DNA of 64,000 nucleotides from an uncultured Gemmatimonadaceae bacterium (GCA_963817955.1 CAWFQK010000003.1:1-64000), one strand, 5' to 3'. Shown: positions 51,043 through 60,151, counted from the stretch's first letter. Numbers and translations are program-made. The notes: generated by a model from the sequence alone, not told the origin.

Positions 51043-52131
51043 GTGAAGGTCGCGCTCATCTGCGACTGGTACCATCCGCGCCTTGGCGGGATCGAGCTTC
51101 ACTTGCAGGATCTCGCGGCGCGGCTGACGGGGGCGGGACACGAGGTGGTGGTGATCACGCCCACGCCCGGGCTCAGCATGGTCGACGGCATCCGCGTGCG
51201 GCGAATAGATGCGCCCCGTGCGCCGAGATTCGGGTTTCTCGTCACGGCGGGCGGGGTACGCGCCATTGGCAGGGCACTCGCCCAGGAAAAAGTGGATGTC
51301 GCCCATTGTCACGTGAGCATTGTGTCTCCCGCCGCACTCGGTGGCGCGAGTGAGGCACAGCGGCTCGGCGTTCCGACCGTGTTGACCTTCCACTCCGTGG
51401 TTCCGCAGACGCGATTGCTGGCGCGGGGCGTTGGGCTCGCGATGGGCGCGGGGCGTTGGAATGCCTGCTTCTCCGCGGTGAGCAATCGCGTAGCGCGCGA
51501 CGTGCAGCCGATCGCGGGTGCCAAATCGATTTCGATCTTGCCGAATGGCATCGATGCAGCATTCTGGCGCGTGGAGCGTGCACCACGCCAGAGCGAGACA
51601 ATCGAGCTGATCTCGGTGATGCGGCTCAACCCTAAAAAGCGACCGATGGCGTTGGTAAACGCGCTGGCCGATGGGCAACTGGCAACGCGTGATGTTCGGC
51701 TGCGAATCGTTGGGGATGGGCCGGAGCGGGCGCGCGTGGAGCAGGCGCTTGAGCGACGCGGGCTGGGTGACCGCATTCAACTGCTCGGGCGGCGGACACG
51801 CGGGGAGATCCGTGCGCTGTTCGCGGAAAGCGACGTGTTCGTGCTGCCCACAGTGCGCGAATCGTTCGGGCTCGCGGCACTAGAGGCGCGGTGCGCCGGG
51901 TTGCCCGTGGTCGCCATGGCGGCATCGGGGGTAGCCGAGTTGATCGAGCATGGGCGAGAGGGACTGCTGGCGCGGAGCGACAGGGAATTTGCGACACATG
52001 TCGCCCGACTATCGGCTGACACTGATCTTCGCGGGCGGATTGCGTCGAACAACAGGGCGACCGTGCCGGCGTGCGAGTGGGGATATGTGATCGAACGGCA
52101 CCTGGCTCTCTACCGGAGTGCGCAGGCGTAA
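51043..52131 (+). CDS. GT4-family glycosyltransferase (PimA/PigA-like)
   Basis: DWYHPRLGGIE, LPNGID, IVGDGPER, ESFGLAALEARCAGLPVV. Confidence 0.88.
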   Translation: MKVALICDWYHPRLGGIELHLQDLAARLTGAGHEVVVITPTPGLSMVDGIRVRRIDAPRAPRFGFLVTAGGVRAIGRALAQEKVDVAHCHVSIVSPAALGGASEAQRLGVPTVLTFHSVVPQTRLLARGVGLAMGAGRWNACFSAVSNRVARDVQPIAGAKSISILPNGIDAAFWRVERAPRQSETIELISVMRLNPKKRPMALVNALADGQLATRDVRLRIVGDGPERARVEQALERRGLGDRIQLLGRRTRGEIRALFAESDVFVLPTVRESFGLAALEARCAGLPVVAMAASGVAELIEHGREGLLARSDREFATHVARLSADTDLRGRIASNNRATVPACEWGYVIERHLALYRSAQA

Positions 52132-52142
52132 GGCGTCGTCCG

Positions 52143-53825
52143 CTATCGCTGCGCCTGCCTATTGGCTCGGGTGCTGATCCGTTCGGCCACGTCGAAGACG
52201 CGCATCAGGGTGCCGATGGCATTCTCGATCTCTTGCTCGGGACGGTCGCGAACGTGCTCGCGTATGCTGGCCTCTACTACCTCGCGAAGGATCTGATACT
52301 CGCGATGAATCTGCTCCTCGCCCCAACCAAGCCGAGCGCGCTGGGCGCCGTGCAGCTCGCAGATGACCTGCTGAATATGCCCGCCGTCGCGCAGCAACGC
52401 AGGCGAATCAATCCGACTCTGCTCGTATGTCGACAGAGATTCCGCGATGTCGGCGAGGAGCGTCACGCCATGGTCCTTCAGATCAGCCTCGGTGAGCAGG
52501 CCCTTACCGGGGAAGGCGGGATCCTCGGCCATCCGCTGTGCGTGCCGCGTTATGATCTCGTCGGCGTTCGCTAACACCGTCAACATGACCGGCGCCAGCG
52601 TCTGCTGGGGCAGGAGCTCCGGCTCGGGGATCGCGGCCAGCTCGTCGGCGGGTTTCAGCGGCGGAAGCCAGAGCGTGAATGTGGAGCCCTTGCCCAACTC
52701 GCTCCGTAGCGTGATGTCGCCCCCCATGAGGCGGGCGAATTGCCGGCTGATCGTGAGCCCGAGTCCAGTTCCGCCGCGGGTGCGCTTGTGACCTGACTCC
52801 GCTTGCACGAACGGCCGGAACACCGCTTCCTGCTCGCTCGGCGCAATTCCAACGCCTGTGTCCTGGATGCTGACGAAGACCCATGGGCCTTCGCCGGTGA
52901 GCTGCGTCCGCTCCGGCGTCTCGCTGGTGGATCCACAGTCGATGATGATCTGTCCACCGCCTGCCGTGAACTTCACGGCGTTCGACAGCAGGTTCACCAA
53001 AATCTGCCGCACGCGATCCTCGTCGCCGCGGTAGACCATGGGGACTTTATCGCTGCAACGGCGCTCCACACGCAATCCCCGCTCCGATGCCTGCGGCCGC
53101 ACGAGCCCGAGAGCGGCGTCAACTGCGTCCTGCAATACGGCGCGCTCCGCCTCCACGGTGACCTGCCCCGCCTCCACTTTGGCCAGATCGAGGACGTCGT
53201 TGATCAAGCCGAGCAGGTGGGCGCTGCTCGAGCGCACACGCTCGAGTTGGTTGCGTTGCGCCGGGTTGACGGGCCCGGCGATTCCCATCTCCAGGATCTC
53301 GGTGTAACCGATGATGGCGTTGATTGGCGTGCGAATCTCGTGACTCATCATGGTCAGGAACTCGCTCTTGGCCTGGTTGGCCCGCTCGGCTTCCATCCGC
53401 GCCGCTTGGGCCTCTTGCAGCAGCCTCTGTCGATCAGTCACGTCCACCACCGTCGCCACCCCACCGAACACACCGCCGCCATCGCGGATGGGGAGCGCGT
53501 AGATGAGGACCGTGCGACGCTTGCCGTCGGCTGTTTCGAGCTCCACCTCCTCTTCGGCAACCATCTCCCCGGTGCGGAGCGCGCGGGCCAGAGCCCACTC
53601 GTGGGGCTGGACGGGTCCGCCGGAATTCGGCCGGTCAGCCTGCGGGTTGCCGGCTGAGCTAGTCCGTTCAGGGAACCGCAGATAGCCGTTCGAGATCACC
53701 TGCGCGGCGCGGTTGGCCTCGACGAGGCGTCCCTTTGCATCGCAGATGAAGACTCCGACCGGCAAGGCGTCGAGCACAGCGCGGAGCCTGCGGCGCTCCA
53801 GCTCGACGGGGGACTCCTGATCCAT
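52143..53825 (-). CDS. PAS sensor histidine kinase with a C-terminal helical RsbRD_N-like domain instead of a receiver
   Basis: PAS, FLTMMSHEIRTP H-box, QILVNLLSNAVKFT, DTGVGI, GGTGLGL; tail ending HGAQRARLGW..EQI.REY. Confidence 0.85.
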   Translation of the reverse strand: MDQESPVELERRRLRAVLDALPVGVFICDAKGRLVEANRAAQVISNGYLRFPERTSSAGNPQADRPNSGGPVQPHEWALARALRTGEMVAEEEVELETADGKRRTVLIYALPIRDGGGVFGGVATVVDVTDRQRLLQEAQAARMEAERANQAKSEFLTMMSHEIRTPINAIIGYTEILEMGIAGPVNPAQRNQLERVRSSSAHLLGLINDVLDLAKVEAGQVTVEAERAVLQDAVDAALGLVRPQASERGLRVERRCSDKVPMVYRGDEDRVRQILVNLLSNAVKFTAGGGQIIIDCGSTSETPERTQLTGEGPWVFVSIQDTGVGIAPSEQEAVFRPFVQAESGHKRTRGGTGLGLTISRQFARLMGGDITLRSELGKGSTFTLWLPPLKPADELAAIPEPELLPQQTLAPVMLTVLANADEIITRHAQRMAEDPAFPGKGLLTEADLKDHGVTLLADIAESLSTYEQSRIDSPALLRDGGHIQQVICELHGAQRARLGWGEEQIHREYQILREVVEASIREHVRDRPEQEIENAIGTLMRVFDVAERISTRANRQAQR

Positions 53826-53931
53826 CGGACGGCCATCTGGTTTTGGGTGACCCAGGGGGGTGACCAGAGGGAGGCTTTCGCAGAAAGCACACCAGTAGGA
53901 AGAGCGCGGTGGCAAGCGGGTGGAGGAAACC

Positions 53932-55023
53932 CTACCGCGGCACCGTCGCTCTCCGCCCCAGTGCATGCGCCGAGATGAACCCGTAGCCGATTCCAACGGC
54001 TGGCAGCATGAAGCAGACGTGCTGTACGAGTGCCATCGCCAGCGCTTGATCCGCTCCGACGCCGAGTTGTCGGTAGGCGAAGAACACACTCGCTTCGTAG
54101 GTGCCGAGGTTTCCCGGAGCCACGGGCAGCATTGAGGCAAAGATCATTGCGGCAAGCACGAGGAGCGTTCCGGCAATGCCGACGTCGACGCCGAACGCAT
54201 GTTGCACGGCCATGATCGCGAGGCCGGTGACAGCCTTCATCGCCGCCACCCAGCCCAGGGATAACGCTGAGCGCCGGACGCTTCGTAGCGCGTCGAGTCC
54301 TGCGGCCCATTTCGCGGCGAACAGGCGCAGGCGAGCGACTGTGCCGCGATCGTCAGATGTGGTGATTCGCTGGTGATTGTGCGCAACAACCACAAGAACT
54401 ACGAACAGCACCGCGACACCAATGCACACAATAGAGACAGTAGCACGCATCCAGACTGGCAACGGAACCAGCAGCGCGACGAGCAGGAAGAGGGTGACCT
54501 TCACGATCCCCTCTCCGAGTTGATCGAGTGCCAGCACGGATAGCGCGGCATGGTCGCCGATGCCGCCGCGCCGGGCGAGCAGGAAGACGGCAGACGCATG
54601 CCCGCCGCCGAACGGCATGGTGTTCATGAGCGCCGAGGAGGTGGCGGCGATCTCGAACATGCGGGGGGCGGGGGGGCGCGGAGTGGTGCTGGGGATTAGC
54701 GAGCGCCAGAGGCCGCTGAGGCACAGGAGGATGGTCGCGTTCGCGAGGATGGCGGTGAGAAGCCAGTAGGGGTTCGCCGCGGAGAGGGTGGTGGCTAGGC
54801 GAGACCAGGCGATCTGGCGCGCAAGGATGACTACGAGCGCGGAGGTGGCGAGCCAGGCGAGGAGGAGAGCGAGGCGGAGTCGGGTTGGGCTCCGGGTGTT
54901 GACTGGCTGGATGTCGCTGGCTGCTCCGTAGCGGTCGGCCCACCGGTCGGCGAGTTTCGGGTTTCCAGTTGTGAGTTGTGCGTTGTGAGTCTCGTGTCCC
55001 GTGTCGCATGTCTCGTGTCTCAC
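53932..55023 (-). CDS. LPG_synthase_TM (MprF-N/AglD-like flippase) membrane protein; start uncertain
   Basis: W..L..ANP.WL, MNTMPF.GG, D.L.E, LPVAPGNLGTYE; multi-TM. Confidence 0.78.
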   Translation of the reverse strand: MRHETCDTGHETHNAQLTTGNPKLADRWADRYGAASDIQPVNTRSPTRLRLALLLAWLATSALVVILARQIAWSRLATTLSAANPYWLLTAILANATILLCLSGLWRSLIPSTTPRPPAPRMFEIAATSSALMNTMPFGGGHASAVFLLARRGGIGDHAALSVLALDQLGEGIVKVTLFLLVALLVPLPVWMRATVSIVCIGVAVLFVVLVVVAHNHQRITTSDDRGTVARLRLFAAKWAAGLDALRSVRRSALSLGWVAAMKAVTGLAIMAVQHAFGVDVGIAGTLLVLAAMIFASMLPVAPGNLGTYEASVFFAYRQLGVGADQALAMALVQHVCFMLPAVGIGYGFISAHALGRRATVPR

Positions 55024-55055
55024 ACCCGTGTCTCGTGTCTCACACCCGTGTCTCT
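54955..55055 (+). repeat. Degenerate heptamer repeat tract (TCTCGTG/CCCGTGT/GTTGTGA)
   Basis: gtctcgtgtcccgtgtcgcatgtctcgtgtctcacacccgtgtctcgtgtctcacacccgtgtct. Confidence 0.7.
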
Positions 55056-55059
55056 TTAC

Positions 55060-55977
55060 TCACAGTCGCCCGTTCGCGGCATACCACCGGTACGTCTCCC
55101 CTAACCCTGACGCCAGGTCGATCTGCGGCGTCCAGCCGAGGTCCCGACGGGCTGCGGCGTTCGAGCAGAGCCAGTACTGGGGGAGACTCAATGCCACCTT
55201 GTGCGACGTGAGCAGCCCGGTTCGGCCCGTGAGCCGCGCATAGGCGTCACCCACGGCGGCGCCCAGCGCGACCATGGGGACTGGAATCTGGACGTCCATC
55301 GACAGTTGCTTGCTCATGCAATCTGCGACGGCGTGGAACAGATCGCCCCACGTCACCGGGGCGTCGTTGCAGAAAAAGAACGTCTGTCCAGCAGCGGAAG
55401 GCTCCTGTGCGCAACGAAAGATGGCGTCCACCAGGTCGCGCACATGGACGATCGCGAACTTCTGGTCGCGGTTTCCCGCATGGATCGCGATGCCGCGGCG
55501 GGCCAGCCGAAACACCGGCAGAAAGTCTCGATCGTAGGGACCGTAGACCGCGGACGGCCGCGCGATGACGTGCGGGACGTCTGAAGCACGCACGCGGTGC
55601 TCGGCGTCGAGCTTGCTGCGACCGTAGGCTTCGACGGGCGCTGGTAGCGTTTCTTCGGTGATCGGCGTGTCGGAAGCCGCCGGTCCGGCCGCGGCCTGGG
55701 ACGACACGTAGACAAGTCGCTTCACGCCACCGCGTTTCGCTGCCGCGATCACGCGCGAGGTGAGCTCGACGTTCGAGGTCCAGAGCTCGCGCTCGGTCGG
55801 CGCACGCGTCGCACCCGCAACATGCACGACGACGTCGGCGTCGTGGACGAGAGACTCGAGGCCGCCAGAAATGAAGTCAGCGCGCTGAATGGGGCGTGTC
55901 TCCCACCCCGCGCGGGCAAAAGTCTGCACGACGTGTCGTCCAATGAACCCGTTCGCGCCAGTGATTGCCGCAATCAT
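55060..55977 (-). CDS. Extended SDR, NAD(P)-dependent epimerase/reductase; candidate keto-sphingolipid reductase
   Basis: ITGANGFIG, VVHVAG, YVSSQAAAGP, YGRSK, RPSAVYGP. Confidence 0.8.
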   Translation of the reverse strand: MIAAITGANGFIGRHVVQTFARAGWETRPIQRADFISGGLESLVHDADVVVHVAGATRAPTERELWTSNVELTSRVIAAAKRGGVKRLVYVSSQAAAGPAASDTPITEETLPAPVEAYGRSKLDAEHRVRASDVPHVIARPSAVYGPYDRDFLPVFRLARRGIAIHAGNRDQKFAIVHVRDLVDAIFRCAQEPSAAGQTFFFCNDAPVTWGDLFHAVADCMSKQLSMDVQIPVPMVALGAAVGDAYARLTGRTGLLTSHKVALSLPQYWLCSNAAARRDLGWTPQIDLASGLGETYRWYAANGRL

Positions 55978-56158
55978 GCGTTGCAAATTCGCTGATTGTG
56001 TTGCGGCGGGGTAGTGCCGGGCTCGGGGGGGGGCGTGCGGGCTGTCAGTCATCAGTGACTGAGGACCCCGACAGCCCTCGGACTGATGACTGAAGACAGT
56101 CGGCTCTGTTCCGCTAAAGCGTTGGTCCGGGCGCCCATCCAGCAAAGCTTCAGCGATG

Positions 56159-56965
56159 TCAGCCCTTCCGGCCCCCCGAGCTAGGCGGCAGGTGCTCCCC
56201 TCGGCGCAAAGCATGTCGAAGCGCCTCCTGCTCCTGCAGGAGCGGTCGCCAGTACGCCTCGTCGGCCTGACGTTCGCGAGCCTCCTCCTCTTCCAGAGCA
56301 ACGCGGATCGCCATGAGCGACCCGCCCTGGGCCAGAGCCTGTACGGCGAACCCGGTCGCCTCGCGCCCAGCGGCCACTTCTCGCGCCGCATTCGGCGCCC
56401 GGCGCGCACAGTCCACGAGCGCTTCTGGGGTGCGCAGTTCGCGCAACCAGAACGCGATCCGGCTGTCGGTCGGCTCACGTGCGAACTCGGCGTAGTGTGC
56501 GTCTACGAGCCGACGGACCATGGGCCAGTCTTTGTCGCGGCGCGTCTTCTTGGCGGAGACCAAGTCCTCGAGCCCGATCACGTCTACCTCGCCGATCTCG
56601 TCGAGGATAGCAATGGTGCGCCGCGCCCAACACGTATCGAAGTCTGGTACGTTCCGCATGACCGCCATGATGTCGAGCCGCATGCCGTCTGCGGCTGCAC
56701 ACCGGAAGTGCACGGAGTGCCCGCGCTCCAGATATTCGCGCGTGAAGGGGGGTACCGCGGTGACGGTTGCGCCCAGCTCATCAAGTGCCGCCTGTAGGCG
56801 GCCGAGGTTCTCCGGGTGTGCGTAGATCGCGAGATCAACGTCTCGGCTAAACTCCAAGCCGCCGTAGAGAATGCACGCCTGGCCGCCCATGAGGAGGGCG
56901 CGGACGCCATGCCGTCGCGTCGTCGTGAGCACCGTACGCACCGGAGTCGGCATCGAAGTCGTCAT
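56159..56965 (-). CDS. Pol-beta-superfamily nucleotidyltransferase-like protein (AbiEii/DUF6036-like)
   Basis: LLMGGQAC..YG...SRDVD, RLDIM, DLVSAKKTRRDKDW. Confidence 0.7.
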   Translation of the reverse strand: MTTSMPTPVRTVLTTTRRHGVRALLMGGQACILYGGLEFSRDVDLAIYAHPENLGRLQAALDELGATVTAVPPFTREYLERGHSVHFRCAAADGMRLDIMAVMRNVPDFDTCWARRTIAILDEIGEVDVIGLEDLVSAKKTRRDKDWPMVRRLVDAHYAEFAREPTDSRIAFWLRELRTPEALVDCARRAPNAAREVAAGREATGFAVQALAQGGSLMAIRVALEEEEARERQADEAYWRPLLQEQEALRHALRRGEHLPPSSGGRKG

Positions 56966-57167
56966 GCAAGCGCCCCCCGAGCGCGTTGAACGTGACCCAT
57001 AGACGGCAGGACTCTCGCCACCGCGCGGCGGGGGTCAGGTGCATCCAGTCCGCGAACTCTTCGCCGTATATCCGTATCCAGTCCTCGCGCGTGAGCGCGC
57101 TGGGGCGCAGCGCCAGGACGGGCTCGATGAGCGTTGTCAGGGGGGACGCGGGGGGGCGTTCCGTCAT
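56847..57167 (-). CDS. Small hypothetical protein, putative partner/antitoxin of the nucleotidyltransferase
   Basis: W..LTPAARWRES..LW motif; TATCAT 6 nt before ATG; overlaps the downstream gene. Confidence 0.5.
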   Translation of the reverse strand: MTERPPASPLTTLIEPVLALRPSALTREDWIRIYGEEFADWMHLTPAARWRESCRLWVTFNALGGRLHDDFDADSGAYGAHDDATAWRPRPPHGRPGVHSLRRLGV

Positions 57168-57288
57168 GTCCTTATGATACCTGGACAAGCGGAGCCCTGC
57201 CAAACGCGGGCGACGCACCGGCTGTTGAGGGGTCTGGATGTCGCTTGCTGTTCCGTACCAGTCGCGTGCCCCGTGTCTCGTGTCTCGT

Positions 57289-58359
57289 TCAGAGCGTCAC
57301 CCGGAATACGCCTTTGAGTGCCGCAGCCATGATCGCCAGCTCGGCCACGAGCCGGCTGCCGGCGACGGCAGTCGTGTGCATTTTGGCCTGCTTCGCGGCG
57401 TGCGGGAACCAGCAGCGCCGAGGAGTGACGGTGGCCAGCGCAGCGGCCAGCTCGCGGCCACTGCGCCACCGGTCTGTGCGCACCTTCGCGAGACACCGCT
57501 CGATTGCCATGACGAGGCCTTCAGGGGCCGATAGAGCACGCGCCGACAGCGGCATGGGGGACTGGGCGATGTGCTTCGCGGCGAGCGCTTCGAATGTATC
57601 GGCGTCAAACGGAAGCATCCCCGACAGCATATAGAAGCCGAGCACGCCCAGCGAGTACAGATCGCTGCGGCCGTCGATGTTCAGTTCACCCACCGCCTGT
57701 TCGGGCGACATGTAGTGCGGTGTGCCGAACGCGCGCAACGAATCGGCGCGCACCGGATCGAGAGAGCGCAGCAGTGCGACGCCGAAGTCCGTGAGCATGG
57801 CACGTCCGCTCCCGCGCTCGAGCAGAATGTTCTCCGGCTTGAGGTCACGGTGGACCACACCATCGCGGTGTGCCGAGTCAAGCGCCAGCGCGAGGTCGCG
57901 CAACACACGCTGCACTTCCGCGGGCGGCAATCGTGGGTCGCGACGCAAGCGCTCGGCGAGCGATTCGCCATCGACGAACTTCATCACGATGTAGACGAGC
58001 GGCGCGGCTCGTGGATCGGCTGGATCGGCTGGATCGGCTGGATCGGCTGGATCGCCGGCGATCTCGCCAAAGCTGTGCACCGGAACGATGTTCGGGTGCG
58101 ACAACCGGGCTGTGGTCCGTGCTTCGCGGCGAAAGCGCTCGCGATGCTCTTCAGATGATGTGAACTCGCTGCGGAGCACCTTGATCGCGACGAGCCTGTG
58201 CAGCGCGATGTCGCGCGCAAGAAACACCACGCCCATACCGCCGCGTCCAATTTCGCGCACCACCTGGAACTGCGCACCCAGGTGCGCGACGAGTTGGTCG
58301 CGCTCTGGTGCGATGGGTGCCGCGATGGGCAGTGGACGATCAGCGAGATGCGTAGACAT
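57289..58359 (-). CDS. Hanks-type Ser/Thr protein kinase
   Basis: IGRGGMGVV, VAIK, HRDLKPEN, DFG, GTPHYMSPEQ, DLYSLG. Confidence 0.93.
   Translation of the reverse strand: MSTHLADRPLPIAAPIAPERDQLVAHLGAQFQVVREIGRGGMGVVFLARDIALHRLVAIKVLRSEFTSSEEHRERFRREARTTARLSHPNIVPVHSFGEIAGDPADPADPADPADPRAAPLVYIVMKFVDGESLAERLRRDPRLPPAEVQRVLRDLALALDSAHRDGVVHRDLKPENILLERGSGRAMLTDFGVALLRSLDPVRADSLRAFGTPHYMSPEQAVGELNIDGRSDLYSLGVLGFYMLSGMLPFDADTFEALAAKHIAQSPMPLSARALSAPEGLVMAIERCLAKVRTDRWRSGRELAAALATVTPRRCWFPHAAKQAKMHTTAVAGSRLVAELAIMAAALKGVFRVTL
58012..58054 (+). repeat. In-frame 9-bp tandem repeat (TGGATCGGC)x4.8 encoding (DPA)n in the kinase
   Basis: GDPADPADPADPADPR between HSFGE and LVYIVM. Confidence 0.9.
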
Positions 58360-58558
58360 GGGAATTTGATTCTTCAGACACCACTCGCTTCCAAAGGGTT
58401 TGCACAAAGGCTTTGCACAAAGGAAGCTTCGTGCCTCACACGGACGTCCGGGTGCGGCGCTTACACGGACGTACGGGTGCAGTTGGGAAATAGTTCCCTG
58501 GCGCATTCGTCGCCGATCGACGCTCTGGTATCTGTCGTGCAAAGCTGAGCAGTCGATC

Positions 58559-60151
58559 ATGGATGTCATACCCATCAGAGCGCCCGCCTGTCTTGCACTC
58601 GTGTTTGCCATCGCCTGTGCACCCGGCACGCCGCGAATTGACGGTGCGCCTGGAGCGCCGGCGGGACCGGCGACGTTGTGGCCGACTCCTGTAAAGGCAC
58701 GGACGCCGCCGCCGGACACGACTGTCCCCGTCGCACCCGAGGTATCCGGGGCTCTCGTGCATGATTCGCTCCCGGCGGGTTCGGTGCGCGCGTTGTCGCT
58801 CACCGACGTGATCGATCTCGCGTTACGCAACTCGCCAACGACGCAGGAGTCGTGGGCGACGGCACGCGCCGCGGCGGAATCGTATGGTGTGGCGCGCAGC
58901 GTGTTATATCCGACGATCACGGGATCGATCACCACGTCGCGCACGGGCAGCTCGGCGAGCGGACTTGGCGGCAGTGGCGGAACCAGCTCCATTCCCGGCG
59001 CTGCCGGCGACACGACGCAAGCCGGAACCGGTAGCAACACGGGGAACACGGGCGTGATCGGCGGCTCCAACTTCACCCGAACGACCCTCTCGCCGTCGCT
59101 ATCGCTGACGTACCTGGTGTTCGACTTAGGAGGCCGTGCTGGCACGATCGAGGTCGCCAAGGAGCGCGCCGTTGCCGCGGATCTGGCCCACAATTTCGCG
59201 GTGCAGAACGTCGTCTTGCAGGTGGAGTCGTCGCTCTTCTCGTTTCTGGCGACGCGGGCGCTCCGCGACGCGCAATTGGTGAACATCGCGGAGGCGCAAG
59301 CGGATTTCGCCGCGGCCGAGGAGCGGCACCGCGTTGGTGTCGCCACCCTGCAGGAGGTGCTGCAGACTCACACGGCGTTGTCGCAGGCGCAGCTCCAACT
59401 GGAGACACTGGAGAGCAACCTGCGCGGCGCGCAGGGAGCTCTCGCGGTCGCCATGGGCTTTCCGGCGAATCTTCGCTACGACATTCCCAACATCGTCGCG
59501 GCAGACTCCGTGCTGCAGGTATCGGCGTCGGTGGACACGCTGATCAATCGAGCGATCACCCTGCGTCCCGATCTCGCGGCCCAGCGTGCCGATGCCGCCG
59601 CGCTCGCGGCGCAGGTGCGTGTAGCGCGCTCGGCGGGATTCCCCGCGCTCACACTCCGATCGACCGGAAGCACCACCAGCGGGTTAGCGGGCACGTCGCT
59701 GAGCGCACGCAATTACTCGATTGTGCTCGGGCTACAGATCCCGATCTTCAACGGCTTCTCGACGCAGTACAGCGTGCGCGCGGCGCGAGATGCGTATCTC
59801 GCCGGGTTGGCGCACGTGCGAACGGTGAGTCAACAGATCTCGCTTCAGGTTTTCACCTCTTATTACGCGCTGCGCGCAGCGACGCAGCGAGTGAGCACGT
59901 CGGCCGAGCTCCTCGCGGTGGCGCAGCAATCGGTGGACATGGCCGCCGGGCGGTACCGTGGCGGCGTTGGCACGATCATCGACCTGTTGCTCGCACGGAG
60001 TGCGCTGGCGTCGGCGCGCGCCGAGTCGATTCAGGCGCAGTGGGAATGGCGGACAGCGCTGGTCCAGCTCGCGCACGACGCCGGCATGCTCGACCTCGGC
60101 GGCCATCCGGACCTGCCGCTGGGGGCGGACACAACGGGAATTCGCAGATGA
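58559..60151 (+). CDS. TolC-family outer-membrane efflux lipoprotein
   Basis: Lipobox AIAC; LSLTDVIDLALRNSP, YLVFDLGGR, LQIPIFNG, RYRGGVGT. Confidence 0.88.
   Translation: MDVIPIRAPACLALVFAIACAPGTPRIDGAPGAPAGPATLWPTPVKARTPPPDTTVPVAPEVSGALVHDSLPAGSVRALSLTDVIDLALRNSPTTQESWATARAAAESYGVARSVLYPTITGSITTSRTGSSASGLGGSGGTSSIPGAAGDTTQAGTGSNTGNTGVIGGSNFTRTTLSPSLSLTYLVFDLGGRAGTIEVAKERAVAADLAHNFAVQNVVLQVESSLFSFLATRALRDAQLVNIAEAQADFAAAEERHRVGVATLQEVLQTHTALSQAQLQLETLESNLRGAQGALAVAMGFPANLRYDIPNIVAADSVLQVSASVDTLINRAITLRPDLAAQRADAAALAAQVRVARSAGFPALTLRSTGSTTSGLAGTSLSARNYSIVLGLQIPIFNGFSTQYSVRAARDAYLAGLAHVRTVSQQISLQVFTSYYALRAATQRVSTSAELLAVAQQSVDMAAGRYRGGVGTIIDLLLARSALASARAESIQAQWEWRTALVQLAHDAGMLDLGGHPDLPLGADTTGIRR

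Noticed and set aside
57289..59346. Long ORF extensions and antisense ORFs (e.g. 685-aa kinase, 856-aa co-polymerase, 44158..45399, 1387..2289)
   Set aside because: Shadow frames of GC-rich genes that overlap well-supported genes; motif-bearing parts start later
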